Assembly: GCA_008690995.1 (NCBI GenBank)
Contig: VRMN01000004.1
Span: 620,001 to 684,000 of the forward strand
DNA: 64,000 bases
Reading direction: 5' to 3'
Origin: Porphyridium purpureum
Lineage: Eukaryota
Position numbers and translations under genes: made by a program. Each line of letters begins with the position of its first letter. The stretch's first letter is position 1. Under the pieces are notes generated by a model that did no database searches, had not been told where the DNA came from, and was given only the letters and a program-made list of their open reading frames with translations. Of this stretch, positions 59,856 through 64,000 are shown one piece after another.

Positions 59856-59856
<1 letters not shown>

Positions 59857-59898
<42 letters not shown>
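59857..59898. repeat. (AAACCGG)6 tandem heptamer
   Basis: Six perfect copies in the divergent PPR/OTC intergenic region. Confidence 0.95.
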
Positions 59899-59903
<5 letters not shown>

Positions 59904-60164
59904 CGGCTCAACGAGTAGTGTACAGTTACCAAGATCACACTCGACCCGGAGGTACAGTTTGGCACAAACCAAATAGGTGCGCGCGTGCGGGCGGCGACTC
60001 GCGGAATTGGATCGAGATAAGACTTAATACTTCGGAACAGATCTTGTGCGGGGCAAGTTGTGTGTCGGTCGTTTGCTTGTGAATCGTGCTCACTTCCCGC
60101 ATAACGGTTGCGCAGCTCACGTCGCTCTTTCTCTATCGCTTTTGTGCGTGTCGAGTAGTGCTGA

Positions 60165-61292
<1,128 letters not shown>

Positions 61293-61467
61293 AGCGTTTT
61301 AGACAGGCGAGACTATCAAGTTGCTTTTGTAAAGGCCCTTGCTTTGAAACTCGAGAGAAGATTCTTCAGGTTTTCTGCGTCCACGTCCTGCAACCCTTTA
61401 CTTGTCTTGGGTTTTCATTTTTGCCGATACAGACAGTGCTTGAGAAGAAGCGTGATCGGCCTCTGTT

Positions 61468-62229
61468 TCAGGCTCCCATATCGTCTAAGAACGAGTCAAA
61501 ATCATCAGGTGCGCGGTTGTGCGCGCTATCGCCAACTTCGTTGAGCGTCTCTGCGGGAGCACTGAGATCAGGAATGGCAGCTCTGAAAACGTCGTCCCCA
61601 TTGTCCGCAGGGTGCTGGCGATCCTGTGCATGCCGACTTTCCTCAGCATCAGCATTCACGGTCACGCTTTCTGAATCCGCTTGTCTTTCAGCATTCTTTT
61701 GACGCGTCCACTTACGCAATGGTGCCTCGACGTTGCGTTCAGCAAGCTCATCTGCGGTCAAACCAAAAATATGGCACTGCTCGAATGGAACGTCCAGCAG
61801 CTCATTTATCGGCGCACGCGCGAGCAGCGACTCAAGTCCGCAGAACTCTGCGGTCCACCATTGCTGCTGCTCGTCTTGCAGCTCTTGCACCTCCGAGTCC
61901 TGCATGCTGTGCTGCCGGAGCTTGCCTCCTTTGGGCTCGAATTCTTCGTGTTCATCCCATACAGGCAAGTTCAGGCGCTGAAGCAGCTCCTCCATATCAA
62001 TCCCTGAACCGTCACTACTCGTAGAACCGCCTCCCTCATCCATCCACGCGGCGTGACGTTCCGTCTGTTGCGCAGGCACTTGCGGCGCGGCGCCCCGCAC
62101 AGCCGTGGGTCTCGCGGCGCTCTGAGCCACCGCACTTGACCCAGACTTTCGCGGGCGGTCTCGCGGGTGCTTCCGCGGCCGCCCACGGGATGACGGGGCC
62201 CCCAACCCGATTCGATCGTCTCTCTCCAT
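61468..62229 (-). CDS. Hypothetical protein with an N-terminal AT-hook motif
   Basis: RGRPRK near the N-terminus; the remainder is acidic. Confidence 0.55.
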   Translation of the reverse strand: MERDDRIGLGAPSSRGRPRKHPRDRPRKSGSSAVAQSAARPTAVRGAAPQVPAQQTERHAAWMDEGGGSTSSDGSGIDMEELLQRLNLPVWDEHEEFEPKGGKLRQHSMQDSEVQELQDEQQQWWTAEFCGLESLLARAPINELLDVPFEQCHIFGLTADELAERNVEAPLRKWTRQKNAERQADSESVTVNADAEESRHAQDRQHPADNGDDVFRAAIPDLSAPAETLNEVGDSAHNRAPDDFDSFLDDMGA

Positions 62230-62319
62230 ACTCCTTGGCCCTGCTCCCTCTACCCCTCCTCAGTTCCGACTGTGTGAACTTCGTGCAAATGGGTCGAGCC
62301 GAACGCACGCGAATGAACC

Positions 62320-62579
62320 TGCTGATGAGGAACAGGGCGCGCCAGAGCTTGCTGACGTGAAAGAGGGCGCACAGTAGTGTCGTGGCCCACAATGATTCGG
62401 TTGTGCGACCGTCCAGGGGGTCGTGACGGGAACGGACGCAGAGTTTTTTGCGCCTGAGGGGGCGTTTTCTCGAGCGGACCGTTTTGGACAGAAAGGTATA
62501 TAAAGTACGTTCGACAGGTGTTAGATTAGAGTGAGCCAAAATAAAGAGGGCACCGTTGACGAAGAAATAAGAGCCTACA
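62320..62579 (+). repeat. Candidate 5' LTR of a second retroelement (left boundary approximate)
   Basis: TATATAAA at 62497-62504, AATAAA at 62540-62545, and a ...CCTACA end upstream of a gag-like ORF. The partner LTR is not in the window. Confidence 0.4.
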
Positions 62580-62733
62580 AGGTGTTGAGAAGCTGCACAA
62601 CGGTCCTTTGGCAGCAAAGAAGAACAGGAGGTGAGCACCGTGTGTGTACAGTCGACGGACTGTGACACGCGGTGCACACAGAGTGGGAAGGCGTTTCCTA
62701 CAACAATCGCGATTTAAAGGGAAACGGAAGGAC

Positions 62734-64000
62734 ATGACGCAGACGCGCGGTGCTTTGCAACGTCGGAGGGATCAGCCGAGACAGAGCGGAATGCCAGATA
62801 CGTCGTCGTCCGAGGAAGCAGAAGCAATGGGGTCGGGAACAGGAAGCCCACCAGGGTCTGTGGCGCAAGACGCTGGTGCGAGTGGTGCTGCAAGCATTGG
62901 ACTTGCCTCGCAGACCGCCACACCAAGTGACGAGCACGCGCTTGCGGAATGGGAAGAACTGAAACGGTCGGTACTGGACTTGATGAGCGGACCAAGCTTG
63001 CTGGATGAATTTGCGTTGTCGGCGTCAAGGAAAATGATTGATGGCCTTTCGTGTGCAAAGCAGCGTGAAGTCGCTCTCTTCCTGAAACGTCAGGGAGGCT
63101 TGGACTTCGACAGCAACGAGCGGTACATTAACGTCTTGAAAAGAATGATACCTGATGATGACAGTGTGGCAAGTGGACGACTGGTTCGTGGGGTAGACCG
63201 TGGAGCGGCAACATTGGCGCGGTATCTGGAGAAAGCAACAAAGTTTGATGGGTCTGAGCACTGTGACATTCAGCTGTGTGAGCAAGACTTTCGAATGAAT
63301 TGCGACCTGGCGGGTGTGAATGCAGCGACCGCTTTGAGCGCGGTGCACATGGTCCTGGGAGGTGCCGCGCGCCAGTTATTTATAAAGGAGAGGAATCAGT
63401 TTGCGAGCATTGGCGACGTGTGGAAAAGGTTGCGTGAACGTTTTGTGGGTGAGGATCAGAAGGACAGTCTGGAGACTGCGTGGACAAACCTTTCGTTGGA
63501 CTCCTTCCGACGTGAGCACCCCGACGAGCCCGATACCAAGCTGCTGGAACGACTGATGGCCACCGCTACGACATTGCAGAATCAGCTGGACCGTGATTTG
63601 CAGAGCGATAAGAATCTGTTGATAACGTTGAAGCGGGCGGTCAAAGGAGAAAGCTTCAGCAGAGCGCTATGGTATAATCCGCCCAAGACAAGTCAGGAAG
63701 CGATCACGCGTCTCAAATTGGCGGCATCGGCGGAGCGGGTCGATAAAAGTGACACCTTCTGGACGGCGAATCGTTACGAGCGGAAGAAAAATCGGACAGG
63801 GCGAGACGGTAAGACCCTGAAATGCAACATTTGCTCGTCGGAGTGGCATCTCATGAGGGCGTGCCCGAAGGCCACAGTGGAGGACGATGTGAGACTGGCG
63901 GAGCTCTTGCGCGATACCACAGTAGACGAGGCCGAGAATGACGAGATGAGCGCGGACGCATCGGAGCGTGAAAAGGAGGCCAAAGCCTTTGACACTCATT
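62734..64000 (+). mobile_element. Gag-like ORF of an LTR retrotransposon, truncated by the window end
   Basis: Hand translation gives an open frame from ATG 62734 to the edge. Zinc knuckle CNICSSEWHLMRAC at 63823-63864, preceded by NRTGRDGKTLK. Absent from the ORF track because it has no stop in the window. Confidence 0.8.

Overview
Gene-dense, essentially intron-less, GC-rich eukaryotic nuclear DNA. Several genes carry plastid-type N-terminal extensions, so it looks like a unicellular red alga such as Porphyridium (inference, not proven). About 26 host genes are present, including APC8/CDC23, aspartyl aminopeptidase, a TPK channel, an ABC1 kinase, MCCA, a DEAD-box helicase, PS synthase, HslV, a glutathionyl-hydroquinone reductase, TAF5, SIL1/Fes1, a PPR protein and OTC. 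A nested transposon block lies at 47842-56289: a Copia LTR retrotransposon carrying a Merlin element and a Tc1 element. A second retroelement gag ORF runs off the right edge. Four observations stand out. (1) A 1601-aa protein built from three tandem DEG/ENaC-like subunits with an EF-hand linker, possibly a single-chain pseudo-trimeric channel. (2) The Copia element has no tRNA-type primer-binding site; it has a 15-nt site perfectly complementary to its own LTR (Tf1-like self-priming geometry), non-canonical TG...CT ends, and an in-frame UGA-CGG stop between gag and pol. (3) A bacterial-defence-type DUF262-HNH (GmrSD-like) nuclease with a transit-peptide-like leader. (4) A tandem nitrilase-fold protein with one intact and one degenerate catalytic triad. 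All family calls come from motif recognition by eye; no database searches were run.
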